Counted from the first letter of the stretch, positions 24,455 to 38,644 are shown. The stretch: 64,000 bases of DNA from Eledone cirrhosa (GCA_964016885.1 OZ024753.1:35774001-35838000), one strand, 5' to 3'. Notes: a model not told the origin generated them from the sequence alone. Translations and numbers: made by a program.

Positions 24455-25546
24455 CTATCTATCTAAGGCGGGTAAAATTCCCGAGATCCATGGACGAGTT
24501 CTCTCCAGCGGTCTCTGTCCCTCATTATCGCTGCCATGTCCTGCATCTCCAACAGACCAGTGTCTGTCCTTAGGGCATCAACATACGTTAATCTTGGTCT
24601 TCCTCTTCTAGTGTGTCCATGTAGGGGCTCCCAAAGGAGCACTGAGTGCAATGTCAACTCTGGATGTCGGTGAGCATGTCCAGCCAACCTCAGTCTCCTC
24701 TGTGTCACTTTTGAGCTGACTTTTGGGATGCTCCCATACAGCTCTGAGTTTTTCATCCTCAGTGTATACTGATTAATGTTCAGAGCCATCCTCAGCATTC
24801 TCGTGTAGCACCCATCCACCATCTGAGTGAGTTTCTTGGTCAGTGTCCAAGTCTCAGACCCATACAGCAGCACAGACTCCACTACAGCAATGAAGAGGCG
24901 GATTTTCAGGTCTCTACGAAGGTCCGACTTCCACACCGATCTCAAGCTGTGGCACGCCGCCCAGGCCTTGCTCTTCCTCTCAACTACATCATCCTCCGTA
25001 TTCCCAATCCTTGCTCCCAAATACAGGAAGTCCTCAACCAATTCCAGCGGCTTCCCGCCTACATTAGTGATCCCCTCTGGCTTCTCAACATTCTCTACCA
25101 GATATTTTGTTTTAGTCTCATTCATTCTCAGCCCCACACTCATCGACACAGTCTCAACCTCCCGCATCAAATCCTCTGCCTCCTTCACTGTATTTGTCAC
25201 CAAAACTATGTCGTCGGCAAATTCAGCATCCGATACCTTTTTCGCCCTAACTCTCCTGCTCTGAGCCGGTGCTACAGTAAAGCCAGAGTCCTGGTGTTTC
25301 TCCAGAGCAAGGCGCATACAATAGTCCACTATGATGATAAAAAGATAGGGAGCCAATGTATCTCCCTGGAGCACTCCAGCCAGTATCTCAAAGAACTCTG
25401 TCATCCCATCAGGTGTAATGACTTGGGCTTTGGTGTTGGTGTAGAGCAGTGATATCGGGTCCACTATCTTCTTGGGGATTCCATAAGCCTGTAAGATCTT
25501 CATCAGGCAGTAACGGTCCACAGAATCAAAGGCCGTCCTAAAGTCA
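24455..25546 (-). mobile_element. 5'-truncated RTE-clade LINE family 2, open RT ORF to the stop at 24463
   Basis: DFRTAFDSV, GVLQGDTLAPYLFII, FADD, FLYLG, VLLYGSETW, RLRLAGH, GRP motifs; uninterrupted frame; short (TAGA)/(TA) tail. Confidence 0.93.
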
Positions 25547-25557
25547 TATATATGTAT

Positions 25558-25746
25558 ATGTTAGGTAATTCCAAAGAAAAAGCAAATGAAAAAGAGTGCT
25601 CTATATATAGAACAGAGCTATTTAATTAGAAAGTGAACAACACAATATATAACATCTCTGTCTGATGAACGATCCAGATGTATATTAATATTGTCTAGAG
25701 TCCAGAAACCTTTGGTAATGAAGTAGTTATATATTGTGTTGTTCAC

Positions 25747-25754
<8 letters not shown>
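25558..25754 (+). ncRNA. Hammerhead ribozyme (family H3, core 25662-25717) clamped by a 29-bp perfect inverted repeat
   Basis: CUGAUGA...GAAA-CC uuu GG-UA; arms 25625-25653 and 25726-25754 are exact reverse complements; stem II is imperfect. Confidence 0.65.
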
Positions 25755-25798
<44 letters not shown>

Positions 25799-26048
25799 CG
25801 GCAATGAATTTGTTTTGCAAGGTTTTTGATATGAAATCGTGTGTCGAAAATATTGTTATACTTGGCGAGGGTCATATTGTTGTGATAATATTGCCAGAAA
25901 TAATAACAGAACACACTCACTGTTTGGTTGGTTTTCACTTCTGTATATTTTATATCTCCATAGTTAATTTATTTGGCAATCAATGTTTCTCATTGACTGA
26001 TCAACGGTTAAAAATACAGATATAAATATATATATATATATAGTCTAA

Positions 26049-26086
26049 CAAAGTTCTTTCGTTGCACATCTGCAACATCATCAGTG
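26049..26086 (-). ncRNA. Minimal type I hammerhead ribozyme (family H2)
   Basis: CA-CUGAUGA-U-GUUGCA gaug UGCAAC-GAAA-GAAC-UU-UG on the - strand. Confidence 0.65.
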
Positions 26087-26217
26087 GTACTCTTATCATG
26101 TTTCCTATTGTGTTGTATTGTAATGTTCACGCCATTTTTATTTTTATTTTATTGAAATAAAAATAAAAATGGCGTGAACATTACAATACAACACAATAGG
26201 AAACATGATAATAGTAC

Positions 26218-26255
26218 CACTGATGATGTTGCAGATGTGCAACGAAAGAACTTCG
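26218..26255 (+). ncRNA. Minimal type I hammerhead ribozyme (family H2), first stem I pair disrupted
   Basis: CA-CUGAUGA-U-GUUGCA gaug UGCAAC-GAAA-GAAC-UU-CG. Confidence 0.58.
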
Positions 26256-26534
26256 TTAGACTATATATATATATATTTATATCTGTATTTTTAACCATTG
26301 GTCAGTCAATGATAAACATTGATTGCCAAATAAATTAACTATGGAGATATAAAAGATACAGAAGTGAAAACCAACCAAACAGTGAGTGTGTTCTGTTATT
26401 ATTTCTGGCAATATTATCACAACAATATGACCCTCGCCAAGTATAACAATATATATATACATATATATATAATAATTAATATATAATTAAACATATATAC
26501 ATATATACTGATTAATGTATATATGTATATATGT

Positions 26535-26840
26535 TTAATCAGTATATACTGAGGATGAAAAACTCAGAGCTGTATGGGAGCATCCCAAAAGTCAGCTCAA
26601 AAGTGACACAGAGGAGACTGAGGTTAGCTGGACATGCTCACCGACATCCAGAGTTGACATTGCACTCAGTGCTCCTGTGGGAGCCCCTACATGGACACAC
26701 TAGAAGAGGAAGACCAAGGTTAACGTATGTTGATGCTCTAAGGACAGACACTGGTCTGTTGGAGACGCAGGACATGGCAGCGATAATGAGGGACAGAGAC
26801 CGCTGGAGAGAACTCGTCCATGGAATTTTACCCGCCTTAG
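26535..26840 (+). mobile_element. RTE family 2 3' fragment
   Basis: About 6 substitutions and one 8-nt deletion relative to the reverse complement of 24463-24776. Confidence 0.92.
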
Positions 26841-26871
26841 AGATACATATATGTTTAATTATTTAACTATA

Positions 26872-26937
26872 TCATCTGATGAATGGGCTGGACGTTTGTG
26901 TAAGGATCGTCTAGTTTCTTGAAACCTTTGGTAATGG
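26872..26937 (+). ncRNA. Type I hammerhead ribozyme (family H3); conserved 3' flank to ~27036
   Basis: UCAU-CUGAUGA..GGGCUGGACG/CGUCUAGUUU stem II..GAAA-CC uuu GG-UA-AUGG; 3' flank is homologous to the inverted arm at 25558-25653. Confidence 0.68.
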
Positions 26938-27044
26938 AATAATTATATTGTGTTGTTTATTATGTAATTAAATAGTTCGGTACTATACATAGAACACTTT
27001 TCTTTCATTTACCTTTTCTACAGAAATACTTAACATTATATATT

Positions 27045-27176
27045 ACGTCCCTTGCCATTCTGAGTTCAAATCCCGCCGAGGTTAACTTTGCCTTTCATCC
27101 TTACGGGGTCAATAAAATAAAGTACCAGTAATACACTGGGATAATTGCTGGCCTTGTGCCAAAAGTAGAAACAATT
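27045..27176 (+). mobile_element. SINE family A, 5'-truncated
   Basis: B box GAGTTCAAATCC plus body. Confidence 0.85.
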
Positions 27177-27188
27177 ATATATATATAT

Positions 27189-28487
27189 AATAAGCCACTA
27201 TACTTAGCCTTTGTTGACCTAGAGAAGGCCTTTGATAGGGTACCCCGATCTGTCATCTGGTGGTCCCTAAGGAAGCTGGGTGTTGAGGAATGGCTTGTAA
27301 GGACAGTGCAAACTTTGTACAGAGGTACTCTCAGTAAAGTCAGGGTAGGAATGGAGTTTAGTGAGGAATTCCAGATACAAGTAGGAGTACATCAGGGTTC
27401 GGTCCTCAGCCCGCTCTTGTTCATTATAGTCCTCCAAGCCATAACAGAGGAGTTTAAGACTGGCTGTCCATGGGAACTTCTCTATGCTGACGATCTGGCT
27501 CTTATGGCAGAATCAGTAGAGGAGCTAGAGAATAAATTCCGGCTATGGAAACAGCAGTTGGAAGCAAGAGGACTGAGAGTAAATCTAGCTAAGACAAAAG
27601 TGTTGATGAGTAGAAAAGAGGACAAAACCCTGATTCCGTCAGGGAAATGGCCATGTTCGATATGCAGAAAAGGAACTGGCATAAATTCTATAAAATGCAC
27701 ACAATGTAGGTCCTGGGTACACAAGAGATGTAGCGGGATAGCAGGCAAACTAACAGGTAGGGAGAAATATGTATGCAGTAGATGTACAGGGAAATTAGAC
27801 AGTAGAAGTCGCACTGATAGACACATTTTTCAAATGCGAGAGGGCGCTATAGAAGTGGTGGATAGCTTCCGGTACCTAGGAGATCAGATTAGCATGGGAG
27901 GAGGGTGTTCCGAGGCCATAGTATCTAGAATAAGGACGGGTTGGAAGAAGTTTAGGGAGCTGCTTCCTCTGTTGACGAAGAAGGGTTTCTCCCTGCGTAC
28001 GAAAGGCCGGTTGTATGATGCCTGTGTGAGGAGCGCGATGCTGCATGGTAGTGAGACATGGGCAGCTACCGCAGAAGATATGCGACGGCTGGAGAGAAAT
28101 GAGGCAAGCATGCTCCGTTGGATGTGCAGTGTAAATGTGCGTGAACGACCCAGCATAAATGTGTTGAGAGAGAAACTGTGTCTGAGAGGGATAGAATGTA
28201 GTGTACGGGAGAGGAGACTGAGGTGGTATGGACATGTGATGCGCATGGAGGATGACCGATGGGTGAAGAAGTGCCAGGAAATGCCAGTTGAAGGAAGACG
28301 TGGTAGAGGTAGACCACGAAAAACATGGGCGGAGGTGGTGAGAACAGACCTCAGATCATTGAAGCTCACGGTGGAGATGACGAGGGACCGTGACGAGTGG
28401 AGAGATGCTGTGCTGAATAAGACCCGTCCCACCCTTGCAAGCAGGGAAAAGCGGACGTAAAATGATGATGATGATGATGATGATGAT
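27189..28487 (+). mobile_element. 5'-truncated RTE LINE family 1a, open RT ORF to the stop at 28460, with internal PHD-like finger
   Basis: AFVDLEKAFD, GVHQGSVLSPLLF, LYADD, FRYLG, HGSETW, RRLRWYGHV, GRPRKTW motifs; (ATG)n tail. Confidence 0.95.
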
Positions 28488-29339
28488 ATATATATATATA
28501 CACACACATATATACATATATTATAAAGAGCTCAGCCGTCAGGCCCCCGGCTCTTTATAATATAGCCAGAATCTACTATCCCAAGTATCTAGTACTCTGT
28601 TGAGTAATGGTCTAACTAGTTTAAAAATGGTTCTATCCCAATATATATATTATATATATATAGTGTAGCAGGTTTAAGGCAACTGACTAAAGAGCACAAT
28701 CTACAAATCTACAAAACAGCAGTACACAATAGACAAAATGTTTTCTCATTTGTTGAAGTAATTTTGATTTTATCTTCCGTTTATAAAATGTTTAAATATG
28801 TAGCTAGGAGTGTTAACCCTTTTGATACCAAACCACCCGAAACAGCCCGTTTCTAAGAGATAAAACTGTTTGTTCTAAAATGTTTATATTTATCTAAAAA
28901 CTTCCCAGCATAATTTTATGTGCGAATCTGTGTTAATTAAACATTTCCAAACACCAACTTAACTCTTTTGATACCAAACCACCTGAAACATCCCCTGTTT
29001 CTATGAAGTGTTTATATTTATGTAAAAACTTTCCATTATAATTTTATGCAAAAATCTTAAGTTATGATCGAAAAACCAGCTGAACCCTTTTGATACCAAT
29101 ACACCAAAAACTGCTACTATTTCTATGAGATAAGACTTTATTCCGAAGTATTTATATTTATCTAAAAACACTCCATCATAATTCTATGTAAAGAACCTTT
29201 ATTATGTTTCAAACCCCAGCTTAATAATGAGAAAGTTTGTTATATTATTAAATCCTTCGAAATTCTTGATTATTTTCAAATTATTTGAAAATCATAGGTA
29301 AGAGTTTTATGAGAAATATGGTAACTAAGGATTGAATAA

Positions 29340-29696
29340 ATGGAGGCTACTTAAAAGAATCAAGTTGGTAACAAGGAGCACTTCAGCAGCGAATAATGGT
29401 TCCAGATATTCTTGAAACTTAAATGGTTGCTATAGATAACATCATCCAATAGTTATTCTATTGATTAATCTTTCAGCTGCCTTTGAAACTGTACAACATA
29501 ATATTTTATTGGATATTCTCCATAGGATATCACTGTTTGTAGTCTTCTTTGAAAGGCATTGCTTTTTTTTTTTTAGATATCTTTTATTTATTTTTGCCTT
29601 AAAGATCAAACAGAGAAAGGGGAGTCTTTATTGGAAATATCATTTCAAATTCCTTAGATCATGCACATATATATATATATATATATACGTATTTAT

Positions 29697-29734
<38 letters not shown>

Positions 29735-29790
29735 ATATATATACCTTGCTTCAAGGCTCAGTTTTGAGACCTGTATTATTCAATAACTTA
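29340..29790 (+). mobile_element. Decayed L2/CR1-group LINE RT remnant
   Basis: LLINLSAAFETVQHNILL resembles LLDLSAAFDTVDHNILL; QGSVLRPVLF resembles QGSVLGPLLF. Confidence 0.6.
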
Positions 29791-30089
29791 TTATCAATCG
29801 AAGGGTGGTTAGGATAGCCCCAATACTACAGCACTGGATTAAATTAGATAATACATTGCATTGTCCCATCTCAGTTAGTTTACAGTTCAAAATTTACCAC
29901 GGTTGAATTTTACCTTGCATCCCTCTAAGATCTCTAATACTGGTTATGTGTGGGTGGCAATGCCAATTATGTAATGGGATAGTGATCACTGCAGAGTAAT
30001 ATAGAAACCACTGGATTGCAGTCTGATGAAGTCTATTGCCTCCCCTGCCCTCATACCAGTAATTTGTGCAGGTTAGTTGTTGCTATGAT

Positions 30090-30360
30090 GGAGGCACATG
30101 GCCTAGTGGTAAGGGTGTTAGACTTACGGTCATAATGTTGTGGGTTCGATTCCTGGGTTGTGTGTTGAGTTCTTGAGCCAAACACTTCATTTCATGTTGC
30201 TCCAGTATACTCAGATGAAAATGAGTAACAGCAACAGCTGGGGGTTTAACCCTGCAATGGACTGGCATCCTGTCCAGGAGGAAGTCTTGTACTCTCAGTC
30301 GCTTTACGCCATGAAAGCATTGACCAAACGAGCCTTCTGGCTTAAGACAGACTTTTTTTA
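30090..30360 (+). mobile_element. SINE family D (tRNA head, CORE-like, V-domain-like)
   Basis: A box TGGCCTAGTGG, B box GGTTCGATTCC, CCCTGCAATGGACTGGCATCCTGTCCAGG motif; second copy at ~44070-44430 is split by a MITE. Confidence 0.75.
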
Positions 30361-30535
30361 AGTTGTTGCTATGCTGGATGTGTTTGAGTATGGTTTTGAA
30401 GGGCAGTATTGGTTTTCACCCTGGTAGGTTTATGGATAGTTTTGGTTCGGTTTAGATTTATTTGTGTTCAAGTTAAACCAGTGAATAATATCTACAGCTC
30501 AAGACATGTACTTCTGATGGGCTTCTGCACAGTTT

Positions 30536-30985
30536 CTTCTTCTTCTTTGCTCACTTATTTCTGAGAGGGTTGTGTGTGTGTGTGTGGGGTGGGTGGGCAG
30601 AGTCCTCAAACACTCCTTCAAGCAGGTCCTGTCAGAAGTAACCATCTCCAACTGATCTGGCTGGATCCCCAAGTGTGACCAACCAAACTCATGAATGTTA
30701 TCCGACCATCTTGCTCAGGGTCTACTCCTGGGTCTCTTGTCAGTTGGTTTTGCCCGTAAAACATGTCCAGTGATTCTTTCCTGCGACATTCTAACTACAT
30801 GCCCATAGTATTGGACCTGTGATCTCTCAATTCAGAAGAGTAGCGGCTATACCTGGAGCAACTCTCCAGTGATTCTTTCCTGAGACATGCTAACCACATG
30901 CCCATAATATCGGGGCTGTGATCTCTCAATTCGGAGAAGTAGTGGCTCTACCTGGAGTGACTCTGATCTCTGAGCTACGCCCTAT
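30536..30985 (-). mobile_element. Decayed RTE-like 3' fragment with (GAA)n tail; related + copy at ~47515-47745
   Basis: Residual YGHV..M..ER / GKRPR..PRARW-like translation and (GAA)n tail in both copies. Confidence 0.55.
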
Positions 30986-31492
30986 ATTTATGCACAAAGT
31001 TCCCGTCACTCAAATTTCACTGGCAAAGCTTTGGCAGAAGACACTTGCTTAAGATGCCACACAGAGGGATTGAAAGTGAAACCATGCAGTTGCCAAGAAA
31101 ACATATTAATCCCAATTCAAAGTTAAATATGCATAAGTCATTGCACTTTGATTTTTCGTCTATTGAAGTAAACAAACAATGTATTCAGATTACTGTAATC
31201 TGTCTCATCTTTTAATAAGAACAACCTCAAAAGTGTCAAATATTGTTATGCAAAATTCCTCTCCTCTCGTGTAATAATAATCAGAAGATAATATGGAAAA
31301 ATTCTTCTATAATGAACAATAAATGTTTGTGGCATTTATCTATACATTTCTCACTGCTTCCATATCAAATACCTATTTAAATTAGTCCTTATTGCCAATA
31401 ACAAATATGGGAATAAAGCCTTCTATTATTATACCACAAGTTATTGAAATGCTTTCCAGCTGCTCTCAAACAATCTAGCTTATTTTACTAGT

Positions 31493-31710
31493 TTAACCCT
31501 TTAATGTTCAAACCAGCCAAAACCGGCCAGAATTCTCTACCTCTTTCTGTTGAAACTAGTTACTCAAACTGATGTTAAGGTATTGTTCTCAAAATAAATA
31601 CTTTCAAAATCTCATAGATTCGATATTATGTGAGATAATTATGCAAGGTAAAGACTTTACCATGAAAATATAATAGTATATATAGAGTAATGTGAATGCT
31701 AAAGGGTTAA
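31493..31710. mobile_element. piggyBac-type MITE
   Basis: TTAACCCTTTA...TAAAGGGTTAA ends. Confidence 0.85.
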
Positions 31711-31969
31711 ATGTAACACTAAATGCAAGTTATTTAATCATCTCTGTTCCCCAATACTCTGATGGATCAATCACATCTCTTGCTATCTCTGATATGAATT
31801 GAATAATAATTCTTTTTTTATTTTATCAGAGCTGCTATCTTCCCCTTTCATTTCTCCTCTTTAAACACTTCAAGTATTATGAATAATAATATTATTTACT
31901 TATTTATTTATCAAAATACATGAAATAAAATGTTTAACATTCAAACTGACATGTATTATTACATCACCA

Positions 31970-32158
31970 GGGCGGTGGATTGGCAGTATCGGTAGAGGGT
32001 CGGACGCCATGCTTTCCAGCATAGTTACGTCCCTTTACGATCTGAGTTCAAATCCCGCCGAGGTTGACTTTGCCTTTCATCCTTACGGGGTCGATAAAAT
32101 AAAGTACCAGTAATGCACTGGTTAATTGCTGGCCTTGTGCCCAAAGTAGAAACAATTA
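31970..32158 (+). mobile_element. SINE family A, full length
   Basis: A/B boxes; flanking duplication ATTATTACATC(A/G)CCA. Confidence 0.92.
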
Positions 32159-32569
32159 TTACATCGCCATAAGGGTAATGGATTAATTATTGAAGAATTT
32201 TGAGGGGCTTACTAAAATTATTTATTATTACATTATTAAAATAGTAACATAATGTAAGGTTTTTATATAAAATTATATTGGGAGATTTTAATTCAAATTG
32301 GGAACCTTTAAAATGGGTGGTTTTATTTCATAGAACTAGACACAGTTTTGGCTGTGTTGCTAACTAAAGGCTTAAAAGATTCTTACATAAAATTATGATG
32401 GAAGCTTTTTAGATAAACATAAACACTTTAAAACAAAGAATTTTGTCTCATAGAACCAGGGCAGTTTCAAGTGGTTTGGTATAAAAATGGTTAAGTGGGT
32501 ATTTAGAAATACAGCTTAAAAGATTCTTACATAAAATTATGATGGAAGCTTTTAAGATAAACAAACACT

Positions 32570-32798
32570 TTAACCCTTTAACATTTAAACCAGCCGTATC
32601 TGGCCAGAATTCTTTCACCTTTTCTTTTTCAAACCAGCCACTCATACTGATGTTAAGGTATTGTTCTCAAAATAAATAATATCAAAATCTCATAGATTCC
32701 ATATTATGTGAAATAATTATGTGAGATAAAGTGTTTACTGTGAAAATACAATAGTATATATATATATATATAGAGTAATGTAAATGCTAAAGGGTTAA
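32570..32798. mobile_element. piggyBac-type MITE
   Basis: TTAACCCTTTAACATTTA...TAAATGCTAAAGGGTTAA ends. Confidence 0.85.
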
Positions 32799-33909
32799 CA
32801 GATTCTTACATAAAATTATGATGGAAGCTTTTAAGATAAACAAACAAAACACTTTAAAACAAATAATTTTGTCTCATAGAACCAGGGGCGGTTTCAAGTT
32901 GATTTGGGATCAAAAGAGTACATCCAAACCTTTCATAATTGACATCTAAACAGGATATTCTCTGAGTCCCATCCTTCAAGATGTCGGTGAGAAAATATTA
33001 CAAGAATAGTTAGTTGATTGACTCTAGAAATATTCCTATCAGCAAGAACAGAAACCAAGATGTCTTTTGGTAATTTTTTTAAATTTTATTATATATCTAT
33101 TTATTTGTTGACTTATTGTTTTTATTATTATTTCTCATTTTCCAGTATTGTGTTTTGGTTGAAAACGTATTGATTTTAAATGTTTTCATTTTTAAAACCT
33201 CATATTTGTAGCTTATATAGATTTACTTCATATCTTTCTTTTCAAAAATTTGCTCATTGATTTGTGTGTGAAACAAATCTTGCTTAAAAGTCTCTATCTG
33301 TGAGTGTATGTGTGTGTTTCTGTATGTATGGTTGTGTATGTGTGTGTGTATATCTGTATGTATGCATGTGTTTGTATGAGTGTGTGTGTGTGTGTGTGTG
33401 TGTGTTACTGTCTTTGTGTGTGTCTGTGTGTGAGTGGGTGTGTGTCTGGGTGTGTGTCTGGGAGTGAATGGGTGTGTGTCTGTATGTGTGTGAGTGTGTT
33501 TGTCATTGTGTTTGTATGCGTATATGTTTGTGAGTTTGTGTGTGTGTGTGACTGTGTTTGTGTCTGTGTGTATGTGTGTATGTTATTGTGATTGTGTGTG
33601 GGAGAGAGAGATAATGAGAGATGATAGTCTGAGACCCAGACATAGATAATAGACAGCCATCAGACGTAGTTGGAGAGAGTCTGAGGAGATTGGTAAGAGA
33701 GGGGGTGGGTGGTGGTGAGAGAGTAAATTATTAAGAGAAAGAGGAGGAGAGCGAGTGAAGTTGTAAGAGAAAGAGAGGGAGGAGAGAACTTTTAAGAGAG
33801 AGGGGGTGAGAAAGAGGGATAGATAGAGATGAAGAGAGAGAGAAGAGAGAGAAAGGCACATTCCCTATCTCTCTCTCACACTCTCTCTCTCTGCCTTTCT
33901 CTGTATGTG

Positions 33910-33989
<80 letters not shown>

Positions 33990-34053
33990 GATATATATAT
34001 ATATATAGAGAGAGAGAGAGTTAGAAAAAAGATATAGATAGATAAATAGAGAC

Positions 34054-34096
<43 letters not shown>

Positions 34097-34124
34097 TCTC
34101 TATTTATATATATATATATATATA

Positions 34125-34169
<45 letters not shown>

Positions 34170-34549
34170 AGAAAAAAGATATAGATAGATAGAGAGACAG
34201 ATATATATATATATATAAATAAATATATATATATATAGATAGAGAGAGAGATGATAAAATGTCTGACTATTTTTAGAATTTGTTTTTAACACAACACATG
34301 TCGATGATACTACCAACAATAAATTTACAATTTATTAAATAAATAAACGACAAGTAAAACTGACGGCGGCGGCGGTGGAGAAATTTCTGTGTGTACTTTA
34401 TCATCTAAGAAGTAAAAAGCACTTAGTTTTAGTAGTAACTGTAAGTGTTGAACTGGTTGGTCAAAATAGTAAGGATGTACGTAGTATTGAATTGCATAGC
34501 ACATTGTTTTGATTACTTAAGTCAATATATCTGAAAATAGCACATAATG

Positions 34550-36452
<1,903 letters not shown>

Positions 36453-37264
36453 ATTAATGTTTCCTTATACATTACAAATGTTACTGGATAATGAAAGCAA
36501 AACAGAAGCAAATATGCTGCGTATACTCGTAAATAAACTGTTTGTTTTTATTTTAATTTAAAAAAAAAATAGCAAACAGACAAACAAAAATAAAAACAAA
36601 CAAAACAAAAAAAAAAAGTATAAAAAACTGAATGCAACTTATCAAACCTTGTTCTAGGCTTGAAATTCACAGCACACCATCCTGGAACACACACATCAAC
36701 ACAGGAAAATGATTTAGTATATGGGGTATGCTGTTCAGGTCAACATTCTCTTTGTATGAATATCAGGTGTTGTAAACAAGAACATGATTGCCTGTCTAGT
36801 GCTGATGATTTACATAATAAAAACACCCAGAACAGGCTGTAAAGTGGTTGGTGTTAGGAAGGACATCCATCTGTAGAAAGCTTACCAAACAAGCTGATAG
36901 GAGGAACCTTTAGTTTGTGTCAAAAGACACAACTCCTTTGCACTCGATATGACCATACGTAAGTGAGATACAGACTCCTTGGCCTGTCTGTCAGGTCTGT
37001 AGCCCCGCTTTAGTACTGACTTGGTCTATGTAGACCTGCTCAATCCTTGCTAGCAGGGAAAGTGGACATTAAATGATGATGATGATGTAACTCTAACCAT
37101 ACTCTCCAGTAAATCTGAGTGAAATTTGGTAAACAGAAACTATGTGGAAGTCTGTTGTATGGATTTGTACTTGCTATTCGAAGGTCTAGCCATGTATTCA
37201 GCCTGAAAATTACTGTTATATTCTCAAATATAAGCCAAAGAATATGTGACCAAAAAATTGATTG

Positions 37265-37650
37265 TAGAGGACATGTATAGACTGGAGAGAACTGAAGCAA
37301 CCATGCTCTGTTGGATGTGCAATGTAAGTGTGAGAGAAAGGTAGAGCTTGGACAAGTTGAGGGAGAAGCCAGGTTTAAGAGGAATCCAAAGTGGTGTGCA
37401 GGAGGGAAGACTGCATTGGTTTGGACATATGATGCGCATGGACAATGATCGTTGGGTGAATAAGTGCCGGGAAATGCCAGTGGAAGGAAGCTGCAGTAGG
37501 GGACAACCAAGGAAATGCCAGTGGAAGGAAGCTGCAGTAGGGGACAACCAAGGAAATCCCAGTAGAAGGAAGCTGCAGTAGAGGCAGACCAAGAATGACC
37601 TAGTCAGATATTGTGAGAGCTGACCTCAAATCACTGAGACTCATAGGGAC
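37265..37650 (+). mobile_element. Decayed RTE family 1 fragment
   Basis: KLREKPGLRGIQ..RLHWFGHMMRMDNDRWVNKCREMPVEG. Confidence 0.8.
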
Positions 37651-38422
37651 TTCAATAAAATATAGCCAGTACACTCTATAAAGTGGTTGGGGTTAGGGAG
37701 GGCATCTAGCCAGAGGAACCATGCCAAAAAGGGTTGAAAGGACTTTCCAATTATATCACGAACATGGCAACCTCTTGAGTTCTATAGCCTCTATAAAATG
37801 TAGCCTCTACATTCTATAAAAGGTTTGGTGTTAGGGAGGGTATCCAGCCATAGAAACCATTGCAAACGAAAAGTTGTGAGAATCATATTATGACATGGTA
37901 GTGGAAATAACTTGTGGAATGATTAAGCATTGCATTTAAATGAAAATATTAAGTTATCGGTTACATAACTATCATGATCAAAGCTTTTTTTTATTTTCTT
38001 TGTTTGAGCTAGTCTATATAGTTACCATGAAGCACCAAGCAACAAGATTATAAAATAAAACTGCTGATACCATCGACAAAGACTTGCTTTATTCTTTCTT
38101 TTTTTAAAAATTTAGATGTTTATGGCAGTGAGATGGAAACTGTCATTAAAAAGAGGTTAAATATTTGACAATATTCCAACTATTACTAATATTTCTGGTT
38201 TTGATAATAATATTTGCAGCAACTCTTTCAATACCAGCCTGGCCTCAAAACCATCTTTGTTTCTATGAAACAAAACAACCCACTTTAAAGGGTTCCTAAA
38301 TAAATTAAAACTCAAACAATTTGATAAAAGGATCTTTTGTGAAATTATGTTACAAATACCATCTTCATAATTCTTTCTAGTTTGGGCATAAGGCCAGCAA
38401 TTTGAGGGAAGAGCAACATTTA

Positions 38423-38644
38423 TTAACCCTTTAGCATTTACACTACTCTATATATACTACTGTATTTTTGTGGTTGGTAAAGGCTTTATCTTACACAATT
38501 ATCTCACATAATATCAAATCTATGAGATTTTGATATTATTTATTTTGAGAACCTCAATATGACTGGCCAGTTACAGCCAGTTTCAACAGAAAGAGATGAG
38601 AGAATTCTGACCGGATATGGCTGGTTTAAATACTAAAGGGTTAA
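38423..38644. mobile_element. piggyBac-type MITE
   Basis: TTAACCCTTTAGCATTTA...TAAATACTAAAGGGTTAA ends. Confidence 0.85.

Larger units (their letters stand above)
25798..26452. mobile_element. Head-to-head palindrome of the Penelope-like pLTR unit (~300-bp arms, centre 26152)
   Basis: 25850-26150 mirrors 26154-26452 with few mismatches; each arm carries an H2 hammerhead and the ORF start MTLAKYNNI. Confidence 0.88.

Noticed and set aside
27156-27188. ORF track start of the 434-aa RT
   Set aside because: The start lies in a SINE A tail and TA repeat; the LINE is 5'-truncated
32953-32986. Micro-exon candidates here and at ~3946-3975, ~24137-24185 (-) and ~49940-50070 (-)
   Set aside because: Short AG...GT matches are expected by chance; strands are inconsistent and no protein family is recognisable
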